A stretch of 18,172 nucleotides of DNA from Aquificaceae bacterium (GTDB lineage Bacteria; Aquificota; Aquificia; Aquificales; Aquificaceae). The stretch covers positions 1-18,172 of the forward strand of contig JBEPZX010000023.1 in the NCBI GenBank assembly GCA_041640635.1. The letters run 5' to 3'. The notes under the pieces are model-generated. The model made no database searches. It saw nothing but the letters and a program-made list of their open reading frames with translations, and had not been told where the DNA came from. A program made the position numbers and the translations under genes. Shown in pieces: positions 1 through 7,466 of this stretch; positions within the stretch are counted from its first letter, which is position 1, and each line of letters starts with the position of its first letter.

Positions 1-2
1 TT

Positions 3-944
3 ATGAGAGAATTCGAAAAACCCATCCTGGTTTTAAGTGCTTGCCTTGATTTACAGCCCGTTAGGTATGATGGTGGCACTATAAAAGATGAGTTTGTTAT
101 CAAGCTTAGAAACTATTGTGAGATATTACCTGTTTGTCCGGAAGTTGGCATAGGTCTTGGTATACCTAGGGATAGAATAATTGTATACGTAAAGAATAAT
201 ACCTACGGTGTTTTTCAACCTACCACGGGAAGGGACTTAACCCAAGAATTACTTGCATTTTCAAATAACTTTATAAAATCTTTGCAGGAAGTGGATGGTT
301 TTTTGCTAAAGAGTAAATCTCCCTCTTGCGGAGTATCAAATACTACGGTATATAAGGACACAGAGGGGAAAGAATTTTACACAAAAGGCAAAGGGCTTTT
401 TGCGATGGAGGTTTTAAAAACCTATACAGATATACCAGTAGAAGACGAAGGTAGACTTCGCAACCCACAGCTAAAGGATTTATTTTTAACGCGTATTTTT
501 TCACTTACGCATTGGCGAGTTTTTAGTAAAGAATTAAAAACGATAACCGAGCTTATGAACTTTCACAGAACTTATAAATACATGCTCTTGTCATTCAGTC
601 CTATGCTCTTAAAGAAAATGGGAAGACTCTTGGCTCAATACAAAAGCAAAGAAGATTTGGAAAGCATAAAATCTGAATACGGACTTCTTTTTAAAAAAGC
701 TCTAAGTAAGAAGCCTCATGCTGGATCTCATATAAACACTTTTATGCATATTTTGGGACATTTATCCGACTTTTTAACAAGTAGGGAAAAGAAGCATTTT
801 TTGGAGGTTTTGGAAAAATTTAAAAATGGGAAACTACCGATAAGCGTTCCAAGGGAAATTCTTAGAAGCTGGGCTTATAGATTTGGAGATAGCTATGTGC
901 TTTCACAAGCTTATTTAGACCCTTATCCAGAAGAGCTAGGCTGA
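3..944 (+). CDS. ybgA: DUF523 (TudS thiouracil desulfidase-type Fe-S domain) + DUF1722 fusion protein, YbgA family
   Basis: 313 aa. The N-terminus has SACL, RYDG, CPEVGIGLGIPR and LKSKSPSCG (DUF523 Cys motifs) and VEDEGRL. The C-terminus has FHRTYKYMLL, HINTFMHILG and QAYLDPYPEEL, typical of DUF1722/YbgA. Confidence 0.88.
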   Translation: MREFEKPILVLSACLDLQPVRYDGGTIKDEFVIKLRNYCEILPVCPEVGIGLGIPRDRIIVYVKNNTYGVFQPTTGRDLTQELLAFSNNFIKSLQEVDGFLLKSKSPSCGVSNTTVYKDTEGKEFYTKGKGLFAMEVLKTYTDIPVEDEGRLRNPQLKDLFLTRIFSLTHWRVFSKELKTITELMNFHRTYKYMLLSFSPMLLKKMGRLLAQYKSKEDLESIKSEYGLLFKKALSKKPHAGSHINTFMHILGHLSDFLTSREKKHFLEVLEKFKNGKLPISVPREILRSWAYRFGDSYVLSQAYLDPYPEELG

Positions 945-1399
945 ACAATTATAAATTCTTATAAAAGCAATATTACGTTAAAATCCACTGTTCTTGTGTT
1001 TACGTTTTTATAGGTGCGAATATCTTTTCTATATGTTAAGTTATTTAGCATTTATTAGCAAGATGGCTGCTAGAAATAGTGTGAGAGATATATAACAATA
1101 AACGGAAGCAATTGAATGAGGTACGTTAGTAAGAGCGCGGTTTAGTCATCAGAGCTAAATTTTAATAGATTTGAGTGAGTATAGCAAATAGTTGTGTGAA
1201 TAGCATAGAAGTGTTTGTTATGAGTTTAACATTTATTCTTGTTATGAAAAATGTTTTGTTCCATAAAAAGTTTTTTCATTAGTCTAAAATGATATTTTGG
1301 TTTGATATCGAACGCCGATGTGTGAAGCAATTGAAATAGAGTGAACAGGTAGGTAAAGGTTTTGATTTTAAAGCGGATGTATAAATGTGTTTGTTTAAC

Positions 1400-1429
1400 T
1401 TGACAAGCGGTGTTTTTGTTTTTTATATT
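1400..1429 (+). promoter_or_regulatory. Putative sigma70 promoter P1
   Basis: TTGACA at 1400-1405, 18 bp spacer, TATATT at 1424-1429. Confidence 0.6.
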
Positions 1430-1453
1430 TATACCAGGTTCATGTTGATTGAC

Positions 1454-1482
1454 TTGACAAACACGTTTTTATTTTTTATATT
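1454..1482 (+). promoter_or_regulatory. Putative sigma70 promoter P2
   Basis: TTGACA at 1454-1459, 17 bp spacer, TATATT at 1477-1482. It lies directly upstream of the ops-containing leader. Confidence 0.7.
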
Positions 1483-1518
1483 TATATAAGAGGTTCATGT
1501 TGTTAATCTTACACATAT

Positions 1519-1602
1519 CAATGTTTTATTCCAGCGAGCCTATTATGGGGTCGCAATGGCGGTAGCCTGTTTAAAGGTGTGGGAACAAGAATAAAATCAT
1601 TG
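1519..1602 (+). promoter_or_regulatory. JUMPstart-like structured leader with ops element (GGCGGTAGCCTG, 1558-1569)
   Basis: Exact match to the ops consensus GGCGGTAGnnTG. It is preceded by a hairpin at 1534-1554 and enclosed by a 13-bp stem (1519-1531/1589-1602). It is a GC-rich patch in AT-rich DNA, between the promoter and a polysaccharide operon. Confidence 0.75.
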
Positions 1603-1649
1603 TAAATCATATTTTAAACACAACTTCATCATATTTGATTGTTGAGTTT

Positions 1650-1821
1650 GTGAATTTAGCTGAAAAAATTAAAACTCGTTTAGCTAAGATAGACATTATA
1701 GGTCCTGGCTATGTTAGGTTACCATTGGTGATCGAATTTTGTAAAGTTGGGTTTGAAGTTTTTAGATTTTGATATTGAAAATAAAATATTAAAGCGAGAG
1801 AGAAGTTATATTAAGCATATC
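1650..1821 (+). pseudogene. Degenerate 5' fragment of a WbpA-like nucleotide-sugar dehydrogenase
   Basis: From GTG 1650 it reads MNLAEKIKTRLAKIDIIGPGYVRLPLVIEFCKVGFEVFRF* (stop 1770-1772). After a +1 shift it reads DIENKILKRERSYIKHI. This aligns with the intact KIKERHANIGIIGLGYVGLPLVIEFSRAGFNVTGFDID...LKSGKSYIRHI. Confidence 0.9.
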
Positions 1822-1908
1822 AACAGAGGTGTAAATTTAAAAATCCTACCTGAACTGAGCACAGAGGTAGTTCCTCTTTTAGGGATTAGGATTTAAAAAG
1901 TTTACTTT

Positions 1909-1935
1909 TTGTCAATTTTGAGGAGGCAATATAAT
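1909..1935 (+). promoter_or_regulatory. Possible promoter immediately upstream of wbpA
   Basis: TTGTCA at 1909-1914 and a perfect TATAAT at 1930-1935, but the spacer is only 15 bp. Confidence 0.35.
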
Positions 1936-1989
1936 TTCGTGCAAATTATCTCGGAGTGATATACTTGAAAAATAAAGAATGAGGCCATA

Positions 1990-3303
1990 ATGCAGAAAAC
2001 CTCAGAACTAATCTTGAAAATTAAAGAAAGACATGCCAACATAGGTATCATTGGTCTTGGCTACGTGGGATTGCCTTTGGTAATCGAGTTTAGCAGGGCG
2101 GGCTTTAATGTAACAGGTTTTGACATTGATCAAGAAAAGGTAAATACTTTAAAAAGTGGCAAAAGCTACATAAGGCATATTCCTTCTGAAGTTATCAGAG
2201 ACCTTAAAAACTTTACCCCAACCACTGACTTTTCCAAGCTAAGCGAGATGGACTGTATAATCATATGCGTCCCTACACCGCTCAACGAGTATAGAGAACC
2301 CGACATGTCTTACGTTTTCAATACAGCCAAAACGATCGCAAAGTATCTTCGCAAAGGTCAGTTGGTAGTCTTAGAGTCTACCACTTACCCTGGCACCACT
2401 GATGAAGACTTAAGAGCTATCCTCGAAGAATCAGGTCTCAAAGCCGGTGTTGACTTCTACCTTGCATACTCCCCCGAACGAGAGGATCCAGGAAACAAAG
2501 AGTTCACAACTAAAAAAATCCCAAAGGTTGTGGGAGGGTTTACACCAAAATGCCTGGAGTTAGCCAACACACTTTATAGCCAGATTGTGGAAAAAACTGT
2601 GCCTGTTTCTTCAACCAAAGTAGCAGAGGCTACAAAGCTTTTGGAGAACATATACAGAGCGGTGAATATAGCTTTGGTTAATGAACTAAAGATGCTCTTT
2701 GATAGAATGGGTATCGACATCTGGGAAGTTATAGAAGCTGCCAAGACCAAGCCTTTTGGTTTTCAGGCTTTTTATCCAGGACCTGGTTTGGGTGGACACT
2801 GTATACCTGTAGATCCTTTTTATCTCACTTGGAAGGCAAGGGAGTATGACTTTTCTACAAAGTTTATTGAACTTGCTGGAGAGATAAATACTTCAATGCC
2901 GTATTATGTGGTGCAGAAAGTAATCGAAGCCTTGAATCAAAGAGGAAAGCCTATAAAAGGTGCAAAAATTTTAATTTTAGGACTTGCTTATAAAAAAGAT
3001 GTAGATGATGCAAGAGAATCGCCATCCCTGGTTTTGATTAAATTACTTAAAGAAAAGGGAGCAGAGGTAGATTACAACGATCCTTATATTCCAAAACCGC
3101 CCAAGATGCGAAAATATCGGCTTGATAAATGTTCGGTTGAGCTTACTGAAGAAAATCTTAAAAAATATGATTGTGTAGTAATTGCGACCGATCACAGTTA
3201 TTATGATCCGGATTTTCTTTTGAAACATGCGAATTTAATCGTAGATACAAGAAACTTAATTAAAAATCACAAAGAATTTCCTGGAAAAGTAATAAAAGCA
3301 TAG
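1990..3303 (+). CDS. wbpA: UDP-N-acetyl-D-glucosamine 6-dehydrogenase (nucleotide sugar dehydrogenase)
   Basis: GLGYVGLP Rossmann motif, CVPTPL, ESTTYPGTT, SPEREDPGN, KLLENIYR, catalytic GGHCIPVDP, YKKDVDDARESP. GAGG precedes the ATG. Confidence 0.92.
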   Translation: MQKTSELILKIKERHANIGIIGLGYVGLPLVIEFSRAGFNVTGFDIDQEKVNTLKSGKSYIRHIPSEVIRDLKNFTPTTDFSKLSEMDCIIICVPTPLNEYREPDMSYVFNTAKTIAKYLRKGQLVVLESTTYPGTTDEDLRAILEESGLKAGVDFYLAYSPEREDPGNKEFTTKKIPKVVGGFTPKCLELANTLYSQIVEKTVPVSSTKVAEATKLLENIYRAVNIALVNELKMLFDRMGIDIWEVIEAAKTKPFGFQAFYPGPGLGGHCIPVDPFYLTWKAREYDFSTKFIELAGEINTSMPYYVVQKVIEALNQRGKPIKGAKILILGLAYKKDVDDARESPSLVLIKLLKEKGAEVDYNDPYIPKPPKMRKYRLDKCSVELTEENLKKYDCVVIATDHSYYDPDFLLKHANLIVDTRNLIKNHKEFPGKVIKA

Positions 3304-3320
3304 TTAAAAGGACTATAAAA

Positions 3321-4889
3321 ATGAACAAATTAAGTATTGCAGTTATAGGGCTTGGTTATTGGGGTAAAAATATCTTAAGAAATCTCTATGAATTAGGTGT
3401 ACTACGTGCCGCATGTGACAACGATAAAAGAATACTTGAAGAAAGGAGAACGCAATTTCCAAATGTAAACTTCACGAATTCATATGAAGAAATTTTAAGT
3501 GACAGAGAAATTCATGCAGTTGCAATAGCAACGCCTGCAGTTACACATTATCAATTAGTAAAACAAGCTCTACTTAACGGGAAAGATGTTTTTGTGGAAA
3601 AGCCACTTGCTACAACGCTTAAAGAAGGTGAGGAACTAGTTGAGATTGCTAAAAAGCATGGTAGAATTCTTATGGTTGGTCACATACTCCGGTACCACCC
3701 TGCGGTAATAAAGCTTAAGGAGTTAATAGATAGCGGAGAGCTTGGAAAAATACAATATATCTACTCAAACAGGTTAAACATAGGTAAACTTAGAACTGAA
3801 GAAAATATACTCTGGAGTTTTGCACCGCATGATATTTCTGTTATTCTTATGCTTGTAGGAGAGGAACCTACAAAAGTTAATGCTTTTGGTGGAGATTACT
3901 TAAACAAAGGTATTCACGATATAACAATAACTACATTAGAGTTTAAAAATAGTGTAAAAGCTCACGTTTTTGTCAGTTGGTTACATCCTTACAAAGAACA
4001 AAAGCTTGTAGTCGTGGGTAGCAAAGCAATGGCTGTTTTTGACGATGTGAGCAAGGAAAAGTTGTTTATTTATCCACACAAAATCGAATGGAAAGAAGGC
4101 AAAATTCCTGTTGCACAAAAGGCTGAATATTATGTGGTTCCTGTTGAAGATAGAGAACCATTAAAGGAAGAGTTAAAACACTTTTTAGAGTGTGTAGAGC
4201 AAAGGAAAGAGCCAAAAACTAGCGGTGAAGAAGGGTTAAGAGTTTTAAAAATATTGGAAGCTGCGGAAAACATTATAAAAAATGAAACCATTCAAAAAGA
4301 CTTGGTAGATAAACCTTACTTTGTTCATAAAAGTTCATACATTGATGATAATGTAGAAATTGGAGAAGGAACTAGAATATGGCATTTTAGCCATATTCTA
4401 AGTAATACAAAAATTGGGAAAAACTGCATAATTGGTCAAAATGTTATGATAGGACCTGATGTAACTATAGGCGATAGGTGTAAAATTCAAAACAATGTTT
4501 CCGTTTACAAGGGAGTGACGCTGGAAGATGACGTTTTTGTAGGTCCTTCTGCGGTGTTTACCAATGTTTACAACCCACGCGCCTTTATAGAAAGGAAAAA
4601 AGAGTTTTTGCCAACAGTTGTTAAAAAAGGGGCAACCATCGGGGCAAATGCAACCATAGTATGCGGTGTAACTATTGGCAGGTACGCCATAGTAGGCGCT
4701 GGTGCTGTTGTTAAAAGAGATGTTCCCGACTACGCTATAGTTGCGGGTGTGCCTGCAAAACAGATTGGTTGGGCATGCAAGTGTGGTGTAACATTAAAAT
4801 TTAACGATAATAAAGCCCTTTGTAGCTACTGTGGCAGTGAATATGTGCTGGAAGGTAGTAATATCAGACCTTTGGGGGAAACGTTATGA
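3321..4889 (+). CDS. Fused Gfo/Idh/MocA oxidoreductase (WbpB/WlbA-like C3 dehydrogenase) and hexapeptide N-acetyltransferase (WbpD/WlbB-like)
   Basis: The N-terminal part has GLGYWG, EKP and HD motifs. From about aa 333 it has YFVHKSSYIDD, IWHFSHI, hexapeptide repeats, SAVFTNVYNPR, GANATIVCG, GVPAKQIGWACKCG and a terminal CxxC. Confidence 0.9.
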   Translation: MNKLSIAVIGLGYWGKNILRNLYELGVLRAACDNDKRILEERRTQFPNVNFTNSYEEILSDREIHAVAIATPAVTHYQLVKQALLNGKDVFVEKPLATTLKEGEELVEIAKKHGRILMVGHILRYHPAVIKLKELIDSGELGKIQYIYSNRLNIGKLRTEENILWSFAPHDISVILMLVGEEPTKVNAFGGDYLNKGIHDITITTLEFKNSVKAHVFVSWLHPYKEQKLVVVGSKAMAVFDDVSKEKLFIYPHKIEWKEGKIPVAQKAEYYVVPVEDREPLKEELKHFLECVEQRKEPKTSGEEGLRVLKILEAAENIIKNETIQKDLVDKPYFVHKSSYIDDNVEIGEGTRIWHFSHILSNTKIGKNCIIGQNVMIGPDVTIGDRCKIQNNVSVYKGVTLEDDVFVGPSAVFTNVYNPRAFIERKKEFLPTVVKKGATIGANATIVCGVTIGRYAIVGAGAVVKRDVPDYAIVAGVPAKQIGWACKCGVTLKFNDNKALCSYCGSEYVLEGSNIRPLGETL

Positions 4890-6040
4890 AACATATACCA
4901 CTTCTTGATTTAAAACTTGAGTATGAGTATATGAAAGAAAATATCGACAATGCTATAAGAAAATGTCTCGAGCATCAAGAATGGATACTTGGTCCAGAAG
5001 TAAAAGAACTGGAGCAAAGAATAGCCGAGTATCTAGGAGTAAAACACTGCATAGGATGTTCCTCTGGAACGGAGGCGTTGGTGCTGTCTCTGAGAGCTCT
5101 GGCTATAAAAACAAAGGGCAAGGAGTATTTTGATAAGACAGATAAAATCATAACCACACCTTTTACCTTTACAGCCACAGGGGACGCTATACTTAGAGCC
5201 GGGGCAACACCCATTTTTGTAGACATAGACCCAAAGAGCTTTAACATAGATCCAGATAAGATACGAAAGTATCTATCCTTGAACTACAGATCCAACGGTT
5301 CCCGTGTGGTTGGCATAGTTCCCGTTCATCTTTACGGTCACCCGTGCCATATGGACCAGATAATGGAAATCGCCGAAGAGTACGATCTTTTTGTGGTTGA
5401 AGATGTGGCTCAGGCTTTCGGTGGTATGTGGAAGGGTCAAAAGCTTGGATCCATTGGTCACACAGGTGCCTTTAGTTTCTTCCCATCAAAGAACTTGGGT
5501 GGCTTTGGTGACGGGGGCATGGTTGCAACCAACGACGAAGAGATAGCGGAGCTTGTGAGAATGCTTATAAAGCACGGTGGTAAAGACAAATACAACGTAG
5601 AACACATAGGTTACAATGCGCGGCTTGACACCATCCAAGCAGCCATACTTCTGGCAAAGCTAAAGTATATAGACGAGTTCAACCATAGAAGAAGGAAGAT
5701 AGCGGAAATCTACAACCAGAGGCTTAAAGATCTGAACCTTGGCTTGCCCATCGTTGACAACGACAACGTATACCACGTGTATCACCAATACACCATAAGA
5801 GTCCCAGCTGACAAAAGGGACAAACTCCAAGAATACCTAAAAGCAAACAACATAAGCACCATGGTTTATTACCCTGTGCCACTTCACAGAATGAAAGTGT
5901 TCCATGGTAGGTGCGAGGCTGTAGATATAAAGGAAGCAGAAGTTGCACCTAGGGAAGTTTTGAGTTTACCAATAGAGCCTTTACTCACGGAAGAGGAAAT
6001 CGACTTTGTGTGTAAAACCATAAGGGAGTTTGAATGGTAA
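4886..6040 (+). CDS. wbpE: DegT/DnrJ/EryC1/StrS PLP aminotransferase (WbpE/WlbC-like)
   Basis: SGTEAL, TPFTFTAT, VHLYG, EDVAQA, SFFPSKNLGGFGDGG (PLP lysine), GYNARLD. ATGA overlap with the upstream gene. Confidence 0.9.
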   Translation: MKHIPLLDLKLEYEYMKENIDNAIRKCLEHQEWILGPEVKELEQRIAEYLGVKHCIGCSSGTEALVLSLRALAIKTKGKEYFDKTDKIITTPFTFTATGDAILRAGATPIFVDIDPKSFNIDPDKIRKYLSLNYRSNGSRVVGIVPVHLYGHPCHMDQIMEIAEEYDLFVVEDVAQAFGGMWKGQKLGSIGHTGAFSFFPSKNLGGFGDGGMVATNDEEIAELVRMLIKHGGKDKYNVEHIGYNARLDTIQAAILLAKLKYIDEFNHRRRKIAEIYNQRLKDLNLGLPIVDNDNVYHVYHQYTIRVPADKRDKLQEYLKANNISTMVYYPVPLHRMKVFHGRCEAVDIKEAEVAPREVLSLPIEPLLTEEEIDFVCKTIREFEW

Positions 6041-7125
6041 AGGTTGCAAGTGTTGTTGGAGCAAGACCGCAGTTTGTAAAATTAAAACCCGTTGCCGATG
6101 CGTTGGAAAGTGCCAAAATGGAGCACGTAATTATCCACACAGGTCAACATTACGATTACGAGATGTCAAAGGTTTTCTTTCAAGAACTGAGCCTTCCAAA
6201 GCCAAAGTATAATTTAGACGTAGGTTCTGCCACACATGGGAAGCAAACGGGAGAGATGCTTCAGAGGATAGAAAAAGTTCTACTGGAAGAAAAACCAAAC
6301 ATAGTTTTGGTTTACGGGGACACGAACTCTACTTTGGCAGGAGCTTTAGCAGCTGCCAAGATACATATACCTGTGGCTCATATCGAGGCAGGTCTCAGAA
6401 GCTACAACAAGCGCATGCCAGAGGAGATTAACAGTGTCCTCACAGATCATATTTCGGATATACTCTTTTGCCCCACACATAGAGCTGTGGAGAATCTAAA
6501 GAAAGAAGGCATAGAGAAAGGTGTGTATTTTGTGAGTGATGTTATGTACGATGCGGTGCTCCAATTTGGTGAAGTTGCCCAAAGAAAATCCCAGATACCC
6601 CTAAGATTGAACCTTGAGCCAAAAGCTTACGCCTTGGCTACTGTGCACCGTGCGGAAAACACCGACGATTTAGGACGTCTCGAAAGGATACTTCTGGGAC
6701 TCTCAAGACTTGCCCAAGAAGGACTAAAGGTGGTTGTGCCTCTCCATCCAAGAACTCGAAAGGTGCTTTCATCTCTTAGTATATCTGACATTCTTCACCC
6801 AAACCTTTTAATCATTGAACCTGTTTCTTACTTGGATATGCTCATGCTTGAGAAAGAGGCACGGGTTATTTTGACGGACTCGGGTGGTGTCCAAAAGGAA
6901 GCGTACTTTTTCAGAGTTCCCTGTATGACCTTAAGGGAAGAAACCGAGTGGGTAGAGATTGTAGAAACTGGCTGGAATGTGCTAGTGGGAACAGATTCAG
7001 ATAGAATTGTAAATGCAGCTCTGAAAGCAAAACCGGGTGTGGATTCTGTATTTCCATATGGAGATGGAAGGGCTGGGAAGAAGGTAGCGGGGTGGTTAAA
7101 AGAAAAGTTTGTTGAAGAGGTATAG
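6034..7125 (+). CDS. wecB: Non-hydrolysing UDP-GlcNAc-type 2-epimerase (WecB family; WbpI-like from context)
   Basis: VGARPQFVK, HTGQHYD, VYGDTNSTLAG, HIEAGLRS, TVHRAEN, TDSGGVQKEA, YGDG. Confidence 0.92.
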   Translation: MVKVASVVGARPQFVKLKPVADALESAKMEHVIIHTGQHYDYEMSKVFFQELSLPKPKYNLDVGSATHGKQTGEMLQRIEKVLLEEKPNIVLVYGDTNSTLAGALAAAKIHIPVAHIEAGLRSYNKRMPEEINSVLTDHISDILFCPTHRAVENLKKEGIEKGVYFVSDVMYDAVLQFGEVAQRKSQIPLRLNLEPKAYALATVHRAENTDDLGRLERILLGLSRLAQEGLKVVVPLHPRTRKVLSSLSISDILHPNLLIIEPVSYLDMLMLEKEARVILTDSGGVQKEAYFFRVPCMTLREETEWVEIVETGWNVLVGTDSDRIVNAALKAKPGVDSVFPYGDGRAGKKVAGWLKEKFVEEV

Positions 7126-7159
7126 AGGTAAATGATAATGCTTGAAAGCGTGGGTAGTC

Positions 7160-7451
7160 TTTGAGAAGAACCCACAAATGATTTCTATATGACTAGGTTT
7201 AAGTGCAGAGGAGGTATTTTTCTTCCTAGTGTCCTGAGTGACCCTCTAGGAGGAACAGGATGAGTGGAGATAGTGGAGGGGATGGAATGTGCTAGTGGGA
7301 AGGTTAATCAGCGGCGATTGACTGAGGTTGTGTTGTAAATAAGATGCAATCATATGTCCAGTGTACGGATATATTCAATGAATGGAATGATCAGTTAGCT
7401 AAGAAGATAGTTGCTTTACTAGTAAGAACACCAGCAATTATTTCCAAATAA
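7160..7451 (+). pseudogene. Degenerate 3' fragment of a WecB/WbpI-like 2-epimerase
   Basis: With frameshifts it reads FEKNPQMI..VQ-EVFFFLVS*VTL*EE-G*VEIVE-GWNVLVG..NQRRLTEVVL..AKKIVALL. The intact gene reads LEKEARVI..VQKEAYFFRVPCMTLREETEWVEIVETGWNVLVG..DSDRIVNAAL..GKKVAGWL. A 19-nt exact repeat joins 6973-6991 and 7283-7301. Confidence 0.85.
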
Positions 7452-7466
7452 GAGAAGTGCCCTGCG

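Larger units (their letters stand above)
1398..1502 (+). repeat. Imperfect tandem direct repeat, two ~50 bp units (1398-1447, 1452-1502), each containing a promoter-like sequence
   Basis: Unit 1 is ACTTGACAAgcggtGTTTTTgTTTTTTATATTTATAccAGGTTCATGTTG and unit 2 is ACTTGACAAacacGTTTTTaTTTTTTATATTTATAtaagAGGTTCATGTTG. Confidence 0.9.

Noticed and set aside
949..964. TTATAA-ATTC-TTATAA inverted repeat after ybgA as a terminator
   Set aside because: The stem is AT-only and has no U-tract, which is too weak to call.
1300..1337. GTTTG...ATTGAAAT segment resembling the ends of a CRISPR repeat
   Set aside because: It is a single copy. Only a 12-mer recurs, with no regular repeat-spacer period and no cas genes.
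1398..1502. Tandem repeat considered as a mini CRISPR array
   Set aside because: The units are nearly adjacent with no spacer and are explained by promoter motifs.
945..1989. IS element or known riboswitch in the long intergenic region
   Set aside because: No transposase frame, terminal inverted repeats or recognisable riboswitch consensus was seen by eye.
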